Source: Octopus sinensis
Lineage: Eukaryota
NCBI RefSeq assembly: GCF_006345805.1
Contig: NW_021831659.1
Coordinates: forward strand, 1-33,811
DNA: 33,811 bases
Direction: 5' to 3'
Shown: positions 11,939 to 22,722 of the stretch, one piece after another
How positions within the stretch are numbered: position 1 is the first letter of the stretch
Layout of the letters: every line of letters starts with the position of its first letter
The notes under the pieces: generated by a model
Database searches by the model: none
What the model was told of the DNA's origin: nothing
What the model saw: only the letters and a program-made list of their open reading frames with translations
Made by a program: the position numbers and the translations under genes

Positions 11939-12010
11939 TCATTGCTTGGAATCGATCTCGGAATCTTGGGGTTAGAAGCCCGCGCTCTTAACCAGTACAC
12001 CAGATGCCCG
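11734..12010 (-). mobile_element. Composite SINE-like element: tRNA-like head, (AAT)n spacer and Penelope-type 3' tail with hammerhead motif
   Basis: Minus head GGGCATCTGGTGTACTGGTTAAGAGCGCGGGC...GAGATCGATTCC, then (AAT)n at 11893-11934, then the hammerhead-like segment and a (TAAATAAT)-type tail. Confidence 0.7.
11796..11841 (-). ncRNA. Minimal type I hammerhead ribozyme relic, probably inactive in this copy
   Basis: GACAC-CTGAAGA-A-AGCTG-gaaagtatat-CAGCC-AAAA-CG-T-T-GTGTT. Stem I is GACAC/GTGTT, stem II GCTG/CAGC and stem III the palindrome ACGT; GAAA reads AAAA. Confidence 0.6.
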
Positions 12011-12958
12011 TGTGCATATGAACCATACATTGAACATGTAGTGACAGGAATAATTTTTAAAAGCAAATGATATTCGAGTCGGGAACCGAAGGAGTGTAGG
12101 ACATGTGTGTGTCTGCGCGGATATGTATGTTTTTGGCATGCTATGTGTGCTTTGTTTGTGATTTTCCACGTGTGTATGTGCCCGAAACGATACCTTTTCT
12201 AACTGATTACGGTAGAGCTTGTAAGTCAGGTATGAATGAATGCAAATACATGATGGCTGTACTTACGGGAATGGAAAATAACTGATAAATCTTAGATTAG
12301 CCATCTAAATGTTGTGGAATATATCTCTCATGAAATTTTTTTCGCTTTGCGTTTATGATGCGTAGCTCGAATACGTTTTCCCATTTATAATACATTTTCA
12401 CAGCTAGATTTCCAAATGACAATATTTCATGCACAGGCGACATTCTTACAAATGGTTCTGTAAATTATATAAAAGCAACTTAACATTTGCCCTATAAAAT
12501 ATTTCTATATTTGTCACCTCGTCAGAAGTTTTCCTGTCTTGAGAGAAATTTGTGCAGGCCAATCGGAAGTAATATTTATCTACATGTTCATAAAACATGT
12601 CCAAGACTCTTATAAAGAAGTAATTCAATATTATGTCCATATTATGCTCTTGCATCTTATATGAAATGGCCTTCCGAGACGCTGATCCGTATCGTAGAAT
12701 TATCATTGCAATATCTTGAATTTCACTCCCAATTACAAACACACACACACACACACACACACAAACATTTATGGATTAACAAGAGAGAGTTCATGCTCGT
12801 AATATCCCAATGTGGGAGGCTTGATAATTTTTGAGAGTCTTCCCTCACGTTAAACTACCTTTATCTCTTGAACTCCAAATTAAAGAATATTTAACCATTA
12901 ATGCGACGTTGGGTGTTCGTTCTGACTGTTTGCTATTACCATATAATTATATATATAC

Positions 12959-13022
<64 letters not shown>

Positions 13023-13036
13023 AGTATGTATGTATA

Positions 13037-14007
13037 GTGGGTCATCCAATAAATAATGCGTTTTTTCAATTGCATGAACCAAAAGTCGGAGTGGATCAGA
13101 CAACACTACCTGAATCAACTTGCTAAAAAGCAGGTACTCATTTTAACCCTTATTCGCGGTGCATGTTTTGAAGAGTGCAGTTTGATTGTAACAATTATAT
13201 TTTCAAAGCTACAATGGCAGTGAAAAAGGAGCATATTTGGAATATTTTGCTTTATGAGTTCAATGAAGGTAACAACAACGCAGATAGTGCGAGGAATATT
13301 AATGCAGCATATGGGGATCGTGCAATGTTCGCAAGTCAGTGTCAATGGTGGTTCCAGAAATTCTGAGTTGGGAACTACAGCCTAGAAGACGAACCTCGTC
13401 CTGGAAGATCTGTAGAGCTCGATGAGAATGTCCTGTAAACCCTGATAGAACAAAATCCCATTGTATCTGTTGAGGAACTAATAGAACAGCTTGGATCTCG
13501 TTATTCAGTATTTCATAAGACACCAGCGTGCCACCGGAAAAGTCAGCGAATTAGGTCAATGGGTTCCTAACAAACTCAGAGTCTAATCTCGCGCAGAGAT
13601 TAAATACCTGCTTTTCTTTCCAGTTACATCTTACGAATGACCCTCTTAGGGACCGAATAGCAACTGGTGACGAGAAATGGGCTCACTTTAAGTATGTCAA
13701 GCGCCAAAGAGAGTGGGTAGGGAAAGTAGTAACAGCGACAACCCAGTCTACAAACGGTCTTCAGTCACGTAAGTAGTTGTTATCTGTTTGGTGGGTTAAG
13801 AAATGTTTAGTCTAATTTGAACTTTTAGACCCAAACGAAACAATAACAAAAGAGATCTACTGCGAGAATCTTGAATGACTTAAGTCAATGCTAGAACGTA
13901 ACAACCATCTTTGGTTTCATGATAATATTCGGTGACATACAGGGAGGATAATTTTTCCAAAGGAAAGGATTGTGCAGTATAAAGGGGAGGAACGATGACC
14001 CACCTAC

Positions 14008-14008
<1 letters not shown>
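13037..14008 (+). mobile_element. Mariner (Tc1/mariner DD34D type) transposon, decayed, 3' part deleted
   Basis: Left TIR (TA)GTGGGTCATCCAATAAATAATGCG and partial right TIR GATGACCCAC at 13994-14003, with (TA)n on both sides. Confidence 0.9.
13214..13945 (+). pseudogene. Mariner transposase pseudogene
   Basis: MAVKKEHIWNILLYEFNEG...WFQKF*VGNYSLEDEPRPGRS, GQWVPNKL (WVPHEL motif), TGDEKW (first catalytic Asp) and FHDNIR*H (HDNARPH motif). Many stops; the YSPDLAP motif is absent. Confidence 0.9.
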
Positions 14009-14066
<58 letters not shown>

Positions 14067-14149
14067 TGTGACTTCCCATAAATAATGCGTTGAAGAAGGG
14101 GCTAGTCGATTCCATCGACCGATTGCTGGCGTTTCACGGTTATGCTGCT

Positions 14150-14290
14150 GCTACTACTACTCTACGCTACTACTACTACTAATAATAATAGCAATAGTGA
14201 TAATAATAATAATAATCATAATAATAACAATAATAATAATCCTAATAATGATAATAATAATAATAATAATAATAACGATTATTATTATCT
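14150..14290 (+). repeat. (CTA)n/(AAT)n microsatellite
   Basis: Direct reading. Confidence 0.95.
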
Positions 14291-14309
14291 TTAAACATAA
14301 ACAGTATAT

Positions 14310-14507
14310 TATTTCAGATTTTGACACAAAGCCAGCAGTTTCGGGGAGGTTTATGTCGATTACATCAACCCCAGGATTCAACTTTTACTCATTGGTCTCA
14401 AAAGTTACAAAGCAAATCGTCCTCGGCGGAATTCGAAACCAGAACGCAAAAACAGCGGAAATACCGAAAAGCGTTTTACCAGGCGCGCTAACATTTCTGC
14501 CAGCTTA
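14310..14507 (-). mobile_element. Deu/Nin-domain tRNA-SINE
   Basis: GTCGATTACATCAACCCCAG...GTCCTCGGCGGAATTCGAAACCAGAACG...GCGCGCTAACATTTCTGCCAGC, whose minus strand gives A and B boxes. Confidence 0.8.
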
Positions 14508-14889
14508 ATAATAATGAAAATAATGTGACAAGTTGTATGTGAAAAATTAGGCCCTACCTACGTATATACAGAATATGTACGGAAAATTAATACTCTGAAT
14601 TTGACGTAACATTTTATTGTTGATGAAAGAGTGCAGAAACAAGAAAAATGTGCCTATGTTCCGTTGTAGTCACACTGATTTGTGGTCGATTATGCATTGA
14701 AAATAATCAGCAAAACGATAGAAGTACCTACCGCCACGGCTACCGCCACCAACGTCAGCGACATTTACAGAACAGCAAAACGAACAACAAATCGAACAGC
14801 ATCAGCAATAATAAGAATTGTAGTAGTAGTAGAGGTGGTGGTCATTATAATAATCTTAATAAATAACAACAGCAGCAAAGATAATAATG

Positions 14890-15345
14890 ATAATAATAAT
14901 AATCATTATTATTATTACTAAAATCATTATTATTATTATTATTATTATTAAAATCATTATTATTATTATTATTACTAAAATCTTTATTATTATTATTATT
15001 ATTATTATTAAAATCATTATTATTATTATTATTACTAAAATCTTTATTATTATTATTATTATTATTATTAAAATCATTAATATTATTATTATTATTAAAT
15101 TCATTATTATTATTATTATTATTATTAAAATCATTATTATTATTATTACTAAAATCTTTATTATTATTATTATTATTATTATTAAAATCATTATTATTAT
15201 TATTACTAAAATCTTTATTATTATTATTATTAAAATCATTATTATTATTATTAATATTATTACTATTAAATCATTAATATTATTATTATTACTAAAATCA
15301 TTATTATTATTATTATTATTATTATTAAAATCATTATTATTATTA
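14890..15345 (+). repeat. Higher-order (ATT)n minisatellite punctuated by AAAATC
   Basis: Units of AAAATC(ATT)n, with ACT-AAAATCTTT variants recurring. Confidence 0.95.
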
Positions 15346-17149
15346 TTCTTAAATTGTTTTTGGAAAAATAATACTAACGCCTGTTATATCTCAGAAATTA
15401 ATTAGGTAGTTTGAACATGACGTTCAACCATAATATTGACGTAAGAAGCATCATACGGAAATGAATTTATGTTTGTTTTTGGTGAAGTCACAGGGAAAAA
15501 TGTATGAAATATTTTCGAAGAATAATTAAAACAGAAAACAAAAACAGAAGTAAAAAATGAACAATAATAATAATTATTATTAATAATAGACATTATACTA
15601 CACCAGAGTAAAGCAGGGAAAATTTGTAAGTTTAAAAATCAATGAAATGAAACATACTGAATCATATATAATGTATGTATATGCATAATATATATGCGTG
15701 TATATATATATATGTTTGTGTGTGCGTGTTTGTGTGTGTGTTTGGGTGAGTGTGTGGATGGATAGGCGTATTTGTCTGCATGTATATGGGTGTGTATAGG
15801 ACACCGATTAGAGGTGTGTGTTTACACCCACACATCCATATTAAATCTCTTTCTTCTCTCTCTCTCTCTCTCTCCTCTCTCTCTTCCTATCACTCAAATA
15901 GACTAACATTTCTGCATTTTATATATAACATTTTAAATAACATTTCTTCGTATAGACAAAATATTTGAAAACGCTTATTTATCTTGAATTAGAATTATTT
16001 AACACAATCAGAATGTGCAGATGTTACATAGACATGAACGTCGATTTTTGCCCTCAGCATCTCCGAAGACCTATTGTAAAAATCAGAGTTTTCTTTATCA
16101 ATATTCAAATAAGAGTTCTGTTCCTCTCGGATACGAATTTTTTTGTTTCCTCTTGGACTAAAATTGTTTATACGATATTCTTTTACATTTTCGAAGATTT
16201 TCATTTTCAGCTTTCATTCAAAGGGTAATAATTTGAACTTTATTTTTGTAGAAAAATGTCCACGTGCTTAACATATAACAGCCCCATAAAACGTAACCAT
16301 TATCTTATCTCTTGTTCGTGTACCCTGACTCGGTAAATTAGCATTGTTCCTGTTTGAAGACTATGATCTACATTAAGATTGATTTGTTTCAGGTAAGAGG
16401 TACTTAACATGTTTTTGATGCTTAACATTTAAATTACACGTTTCTGCACGAAATTGATGTGAGTTGACTGCGTTCCTATTTTACTATTTCAATATTTTTT
16501 CTATCATAATATATTTGTCATTTGTTACAATTCGTTTAAAGAATAATAGGCAGTTGAATCCAACGCTTAATATTCTGTAACTTCTGAATGATATTCTTTA
16601 AATTTCATTCCTGGGAGTATTGTATAGTTGGAAACTATAGTTTTGTTGAATGTAAGAAGTTGTGGATCCTGTGATGGAAAGAAAACTCCTACAGAATCTT
16701 ATTTTATGTATTATCATATATACTACGGTGGTTTCTACTTAAATCGAAGTTTGGATATTTAAACAATGGATAAGATATTTCGGTCGCCGCAGGAATATTT
16801 TAAACTATTCTAGGTGTCCACATCGAAGACGTTTTCGTTCGGTCGCAAATTAACTACTGTACATCTACTAATTACTATATTAAATAAGATTTCCTGTTTG
16901 GTAAGTCATAGATGACAATATATAAAGCCTATAGCTTCGTTAGTGCCAGTCTCTTTACCGTAAATGTCAGTTGTAATCATCTCATTTTCCTGAATGATCA
17001 AATTAATAATAAATGATTGTTATCAATTATATCTAGTAATTTCTATTCCAACTCACTAAAAGCTGAGAAATACTTCGCAGTTTTCTTTTAAATATGCTTA
17101 CAAATATACATACAATATTTTCGTTACGGCAATATTCTGTGTCTTGTAT

Positions 17150-17910
17150 CTAGACATATGAACAACAGGGAAACTACTTCATCAAAATGTTCAATGGAAA
17201 TTAAAGGGACAAATGGATCCGAGACGATAGTTATTTGATATAAAACATAAGATGCACCCACTCACACGATTAATAATGATAAACACGGTCCCAAACCTCA
17301 CACATCAAGTATTCGAGATTATTTCTAACCAAATGATCCGAAACCGAAACTTATACTAAAAATAAATAAATTTAGAACATGGAGGTAAATTTAAAACGAC
17401 TCTAAACCGTAAATAAAATGATTTCGTTAAAGTGTATAAAGGAGAAAACGTCGACGCTGAGAAGTTTTCATCGAAGTCATATTATAAATAGACACCATTT
17501 ATAAAACAAACAGGGAAAACGAGATTTAAACTGTCATTGCAAAATAATAATAGCTTGCAGGAGAATATAATTTGTCCGAAAAGATCAATGGACTCAAACA
17601 TTCTAGCACTTCTTATATAAACAACAAAATATATGCAACATGAAATAACTTTGGATTATTAGAATATCTATCTACAGAAAAAATGTTTCTAATACACTTA
17701 AGGTGCTGAAAAAGGGTATATTGGTATGATCAGCGTTTCTGCAAACGTAAAGAATCGCAGCCAATGAAGAAATTTTGGAGAACTAGCCCACAAATTAAGA
17801 CAACTTAATGAAAAGAAAATTGGATTACCTGAAAAAACCGGAGGGAAAATAATAAAATCCTTCAGAAAGATCCGCATATTTGTCCATGTAAAGACATGTA
17901 TATAATATTG
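17150..17910 (+). pseudogene. Heavily decayed R4/Dong ORF fragment (pre-RT region into RT start)
   Basis: SYYK*TPFIKQTGKTRFKL resembles FY-x-QN-x-LF...FY-x-x-L; ELAHKLRQLNEKKIGLPEKTGG resembles LA-x-x-LN...LP-x-WLT-x-G; ICPCKDMYIIL resembles PITCL-x-TMYKIL. Similarity judged by eye. Confidence 0.4.
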
Positions 17911-18183
17911 CAAATCTGTCGTAAATTACATGAACGTTCCTATTTAAAATTGCGCCCAAAACTTAGAAGAGTTTTTAAAATGTTGATGATAAGTTGCTGG
18001 TTTTACATGGTCCATGTAGCTAATAATAGTCGTTTGACCTGCCGTGATAGTTTAAATAACATCTCCCTGTTATCTTCTGAGGAACTGATGGCGCCCATGT
18101 CCACAAAACTGTTTCATATCTTAGTTCGATTACACATATGTGCAGCCTCTTCGCAGATACAGCTGATGTCTATATCTTCGGCA

Positions 18184-18396
18184 GGTAGTAGGACAAAATC
18201 CCCACGAGGACAAAATCCACCCCGCACAAAATCCCCCGGCAGTAAATATCCACCAGGATATTATTCTTTCATTACAATAAAAATATTTTAGGATTGTGAA
18301 ATTGTATAAAAAATTTTCGTATTCATTAATTGATATTCCTATGTAAAATTTGTCCTTTGGGATTTTGTACTCGGCTGAATGTTGCCCTTATAACTC
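18184..18396. mobile_element. MULE-like MITE with GGACAAAATCCCC subterminal repeats
   Basis: GGTAGTAGGACAAAATCCCC followed by two more (G/C)ACAAAATCC units, and reverse-complement units (AAATTTGTCC, GGGATTTTGTAC) about 150 bp downstream. Confidence 0.5.
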
Positions 18397-19184
18397 TTCG
18401 GTGAAGTAGAAATATCTTTTGCAAGTAGGTTTATTTTGTTCCACTTATATATTAAATAGATATACTGATATTAAGAACTGAAGTTGCACCATGAATATTT
18501 TGCAAGAACTGTTTATGTTTAAAACTATTAAAATTACTAATTAGTCTAAAAGTCATCCAAAATAATCTACTCTCTTTCTGATACTGACAGAAAATGAATA
18601 ATGTAGTCTTCTTTGTATAATTTGAAAATGTGCGTACGCTTCAAAAATATTCAGGTATTTTCTTTCACAACGGGGCAGTTAAACTTTATAAAATGTAGAT
18701 TTTATTCAGTCATTATTAAATGTACCAATTCTATTAAGAAAGCTGTCAAGAAGCAGCTGAATATTAAATCTTTGAATACACGAAATCTGCAGGGTGACGG
18801 CTCCTGTTGTTTGAGAAAATCGGCTTACGTCGCACAAAAATTAAGTAAACATAACTAAAATTGCTGCCCTGCATGAAATATCGATTTTGGGGTCAGGTCA
18901 TGTTGAAAACAGGCGACTGTTTCAACTTTTGCGTGATAGGTAAGGAGAAATATATAACTTGGTCGCCTAGTGTCTAATTTGCTAGAAAAAAAAACTACTT
19001 GATAACTATCATATATTTACCAGGGTAAAAGGGAAGGACACTGAATACAGTTACGTGTTGAAGTCCTGTCTTTGGCACTTAAGACGTTAAAACCGTTTTA
19101 TGATGAGCTGTAAAATAGTTTATTTTTTAGAGCCATGTGTTCTGCTTTTGTCCTTAGAGCTGGAGGCACAAAACTGACGAGTGA

Positions 19185-19401
19185 TACTCTTTTACTCTTT
19201 TACTTGTTTCAGAGATTTGACTGCGGCCATGCTGGAGGACCGCCTTTGGTCGAGCAAATCGAAACCAGGGCTTATACTTTGTAAGCCTAGTACTTATTCT
19301 ATCGGTCTCTTTTGCCGAACCGCTAAGTTACGGGGACGTAAACACACCATCATCGGTTGTCAAGCAATGCTAGGGGTACAAAGACAGACACACACACACA
19401 C

Positions 19402-19432
<31 letters not shown>

Positions 19433-19582
19433 GATACATACATACATACATACATATATACGACGGGCTTCTTTCAATTTCCGTCTACCAAATCCACTCA
19501 CAAGGCTTTGGTCGGCCCGAGGCTGAACCCGGAACCATGTGGTTGGTAAGCAAGCTACTTACTACACAGCCACTCTTGCGCC
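19185..19582 (-). mobile_element. Near full-length family A SINE with internal (CA)/(CATA)n tract and a deletion in the head
   Basis: Reverse complement of 33242-33664, with a tail of (ACTCTTTT) repeats at 19185. Confidence 0.9.
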
Positions 19583-19599
19583 TGATATTAATGAAATTT

Positions 19600-20160
19600 T
19601 TACGAAGATGAACAGATCTCATCTTCGTATGCTGTTTGGATACAGGCTCAATTAAATGAAATACGTTTTTTCTGAATAACATATCGAACACGATTTCACA
19701 AATAAAGCCAACCTGCATGAACAGTTCAATATTTCTATACAGTGGTATCCTGAAGAAAACCAGACTACAAAGACAAAGAGAAGATTATGGAAGTACATAT
19801 GCACCAATAATATTTCAAATTATTACCCTTAATGCTCGTAATGATAAGCTGGTCTACATTTGCCTAGACAATGCCAATACAATACCCGATGTTGTACGGC
19901 ACAAAAGAAAGAATCACATGCATAAGCAAATATCATCGCAAGAATCCACAGGAAATGATGGAAATAGACCCAATCTGTGGTAGGTGTATAAATTTATATT
20001 AAAATCACGTTTTGAAACATTGGTCAGTCAAATTCGCAGTCAATTTTTTTTGTTTTCAAGAGAAACATTTTGTGACGTTAATGCCACAGACTGGATGTTG
20101 CACGCCAAAAATTTCGATAATGGAAATTTATATTTTAGTTAAAGAGGGAACAATCACAAG
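19600..20160 (+). pseudogene. Decayed R4/Dong ORF fragment
   Basis: QISSSYAVWIQAQLNEIRFF, RLWKYICTNN and ESTGNDGNRPNLW (a KSPG-x-DG-x-x-x-FW-like motif) occur in the expected order. Confidence 0.45.
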
Positions 20161-20224
20161 ACTGAATGTGATTAATTTTCAACATATTTTTTTTAAATGT
20201 TCTCTTCTAATTTTTATCGTATAA

Positions 20225-20621
20225 CTAGCAGTATCGCCCGGCGTTGCTCGGGTTTGTAAGGGAAATAATTATATAAGCAATTTTAGAGAGTTATAGCCAA
20301 AACATAGCAAAAAAATGCATTAAAAAGGGAATAAAAATTATGGTAATTTTTTTTTTAAATCGTTGACTCATCGTAGACATTTTTAGAGAGTTACTTCCCT
20401 TATATAATAGCGAAAAAATGCATTACAATTTAAGAAATGATGGTAAAATGTTTTTTAAATCGTAGACTCATCGTAGACGCGCGCTAATACCCAGAAGGGC
20501 TCGATATGAATCACGACTATAAGATACCCGGTTTTGGTTAAACTGCACCGCAAAACGTGGGAGTAGTTAGGAATCTAAATCGTAGGAGACAGACACACAA
20601 CTTGACTTTTATATATAAAGA
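20225..20621 (-). mobile_element. Non-autonomous Helitron, 397 bp
   Basis: The minus strand begins A|TC and ends CTAG|T, with a GC-rich hairpin (CCCGAGCAACGCCGGG, 20237-20252) just before the 3' end and no TSD. Internal duplication of ATTTTTAGAGAGTTA...AAATCGT(T/A)GACTCATCGTAGAC. Confidence 0.85.
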
Positions 20622-21799
20622 TATCAATTATTATACTGATTATCTCAGCGTGTTAGTTTGCATTCTCCGACTAAGCAAATAATTTCAATAAATTCATAAT
20701 TCTCTGCGTATGACATTCTGTATATCAGAACTTAACATGTACATGGTATATTTTAGTTATTTCCTTCAGCGCATGTATTTATACATAAATTAAACCTTTA
20801 ACGATATGATATTCTGACAATGTAAAATAGCATAGTAAACTTTATTTAAACTAAATACTTAGCTTAGTTGTAACTATTACGTTCACGATTTTACAGATGA
20901 TTAAGTTTATATTTAGAATGCATATTAAAAATAATATATTTCCAGCGTGTTTCTTTCTATCTGTTCTCCCGTCATCATTATCTGTAATTTTCAAAAATAT
21001 ATTCACGATCGCAGACAAGATTATAATCAGGGCTTTATATTTCTGAAAAAAAATAATGACACTGCCAATATCTTTTTAAGCCTCTCATACATATGTATAG
21101 GCAGGAGTACGACAGCCTTACAATAACTAGACATCGAAGCGAGTGAAATATAGTGTAGTCGTAATTACTTTAAATGTATAAGTTTCGTATGAGAGAAAAG
21201 GAAAAGCTAGAAATTTAAAATGTAAATGGAAAATATTGTAACATCAAACCAGGTACTTCTGCAACATTTAAACGACAGGTGCTAACTTATAAGAATTTTT
21301 CTAGAGAGAAACAAAATCAAATGATTTATATCTGATTAATCTGTTAGCTTCAATAGAACCGTGTTCAAATTTATCTTCTTTTTTGTGTTACAATCAGCAA
21401 ACAGACGATTCCAGTATTTTGTGTGATGTATAATCATATCTAGGAATTATACACCCTAACCATGACTACAGATATAAAAGTAGACTATAAAGAAATAACT
21501 GTATCGAATAAACAGAGGGTAAATTTCATTAACATGAAGATTAAGCATACGATAAATTAAGTACGTAAAATATATGTATTTGGCTGCTAGAAGAAACATA
21601 GATGGAAAGTTTAGGAAAATATTACAGATAAGCATCACCCTTAAACATAAGAATTACTTGTGAAGGGAAGACAAATCAAAGACTTTTAAATGATTGATAA
21701 AATATGAAAAAGCATAATTAATTATGTATATATCAAGTGTTCATCAAAAGTTTCAGATATCGTGGAGAGTACTACAGATATTTTTGTTATATTATACAC

Positions 21800-22067
21800 A
21801 CACACACACACATATATGTATATATACACATATATGTATGTATATATATATATATGTATATATATATACATATATGTATGTATATATATGTGTATGTATA
21901 TACATATATATATCCATTTATACATATATATATATGTATGTATGTGTGTATATATATATATATATAATGTATATGTATTTATGAATGTATATATATATAT
22001 ATATATATATTGTATATGTATTTATGAATGTATATACATATATATGTATATGTATTTATGAATGTAT

Positions 22068-22103
<36 letters not shown>

Positions 22104-22200
22104 GTGTATTATGAATATATATATATATATATGTATTTATGAATGTGTATGTATATATATATATATATATTATATATATATATAAATGATTCTCATATAT
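21800..22200. repeat. Complex (TA)n satellite with TATGTATTTATGAATGT units
   Basis: Direct reading. Confidence 0.95.
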
Positions 22201-22489
22201 ACATATATACAAGCGTATGGAGAGAAATATTATTAATAAAATCATACATAAAAATCTATCCAATCAAACATATCAGAACATCTGAAAGAGAATAAATAAA
22301 TTCATTCTGAGTATTAAACGTATTTTCAGAAGTTAAAAGTTGAGCGTGATTTGTGTGTATGAGGAGAGAAATCAGAAAAAAAACAATAAAACATTAGACT
22401 TGTACGAAACATAGTTCTTGTGAAGACACTCATACTCATACGTACACGTGCACACACACACATATGTATATATATAGATATATACATGT

Positions 22490-22722
22490 ATCACGTAATC
22501 ACGTGATCGGGGGTTGTTGCACATCGCTTGTTACAATACGCTTTATTTTAGCTTTCATATGACGCCACCCCGCTGTGTAGGCAAATATGCCAACATTTCG
22601 TTGAACGAAAGGGAATAGGAGCGACGTTAATGAAATGTTTTGCTTAAGAACACAACACACTGCCCAGTCAGTAAATCGAACCCACGATCTACCGATCGTA
22701 ATTGTGACAGCCTGGCCACTAA
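22490..22722 (-). mobile_element. Degraded tRNA-SINE with CORE-like motif
   Basis: Minus strand ...GATCGTGGGTTCGATTT (B box)...GTGTTCTTAAGCAAAACA; related to 30620-30991. Confidence 0.6.

Noticed and set aside
17896-18291. 131-aa plus-strand ORF
   Set aside because: No recognisable domain; it spans the end of a putative Dong relic and the GC-rich MITE repeats, which explains the lack of stops.
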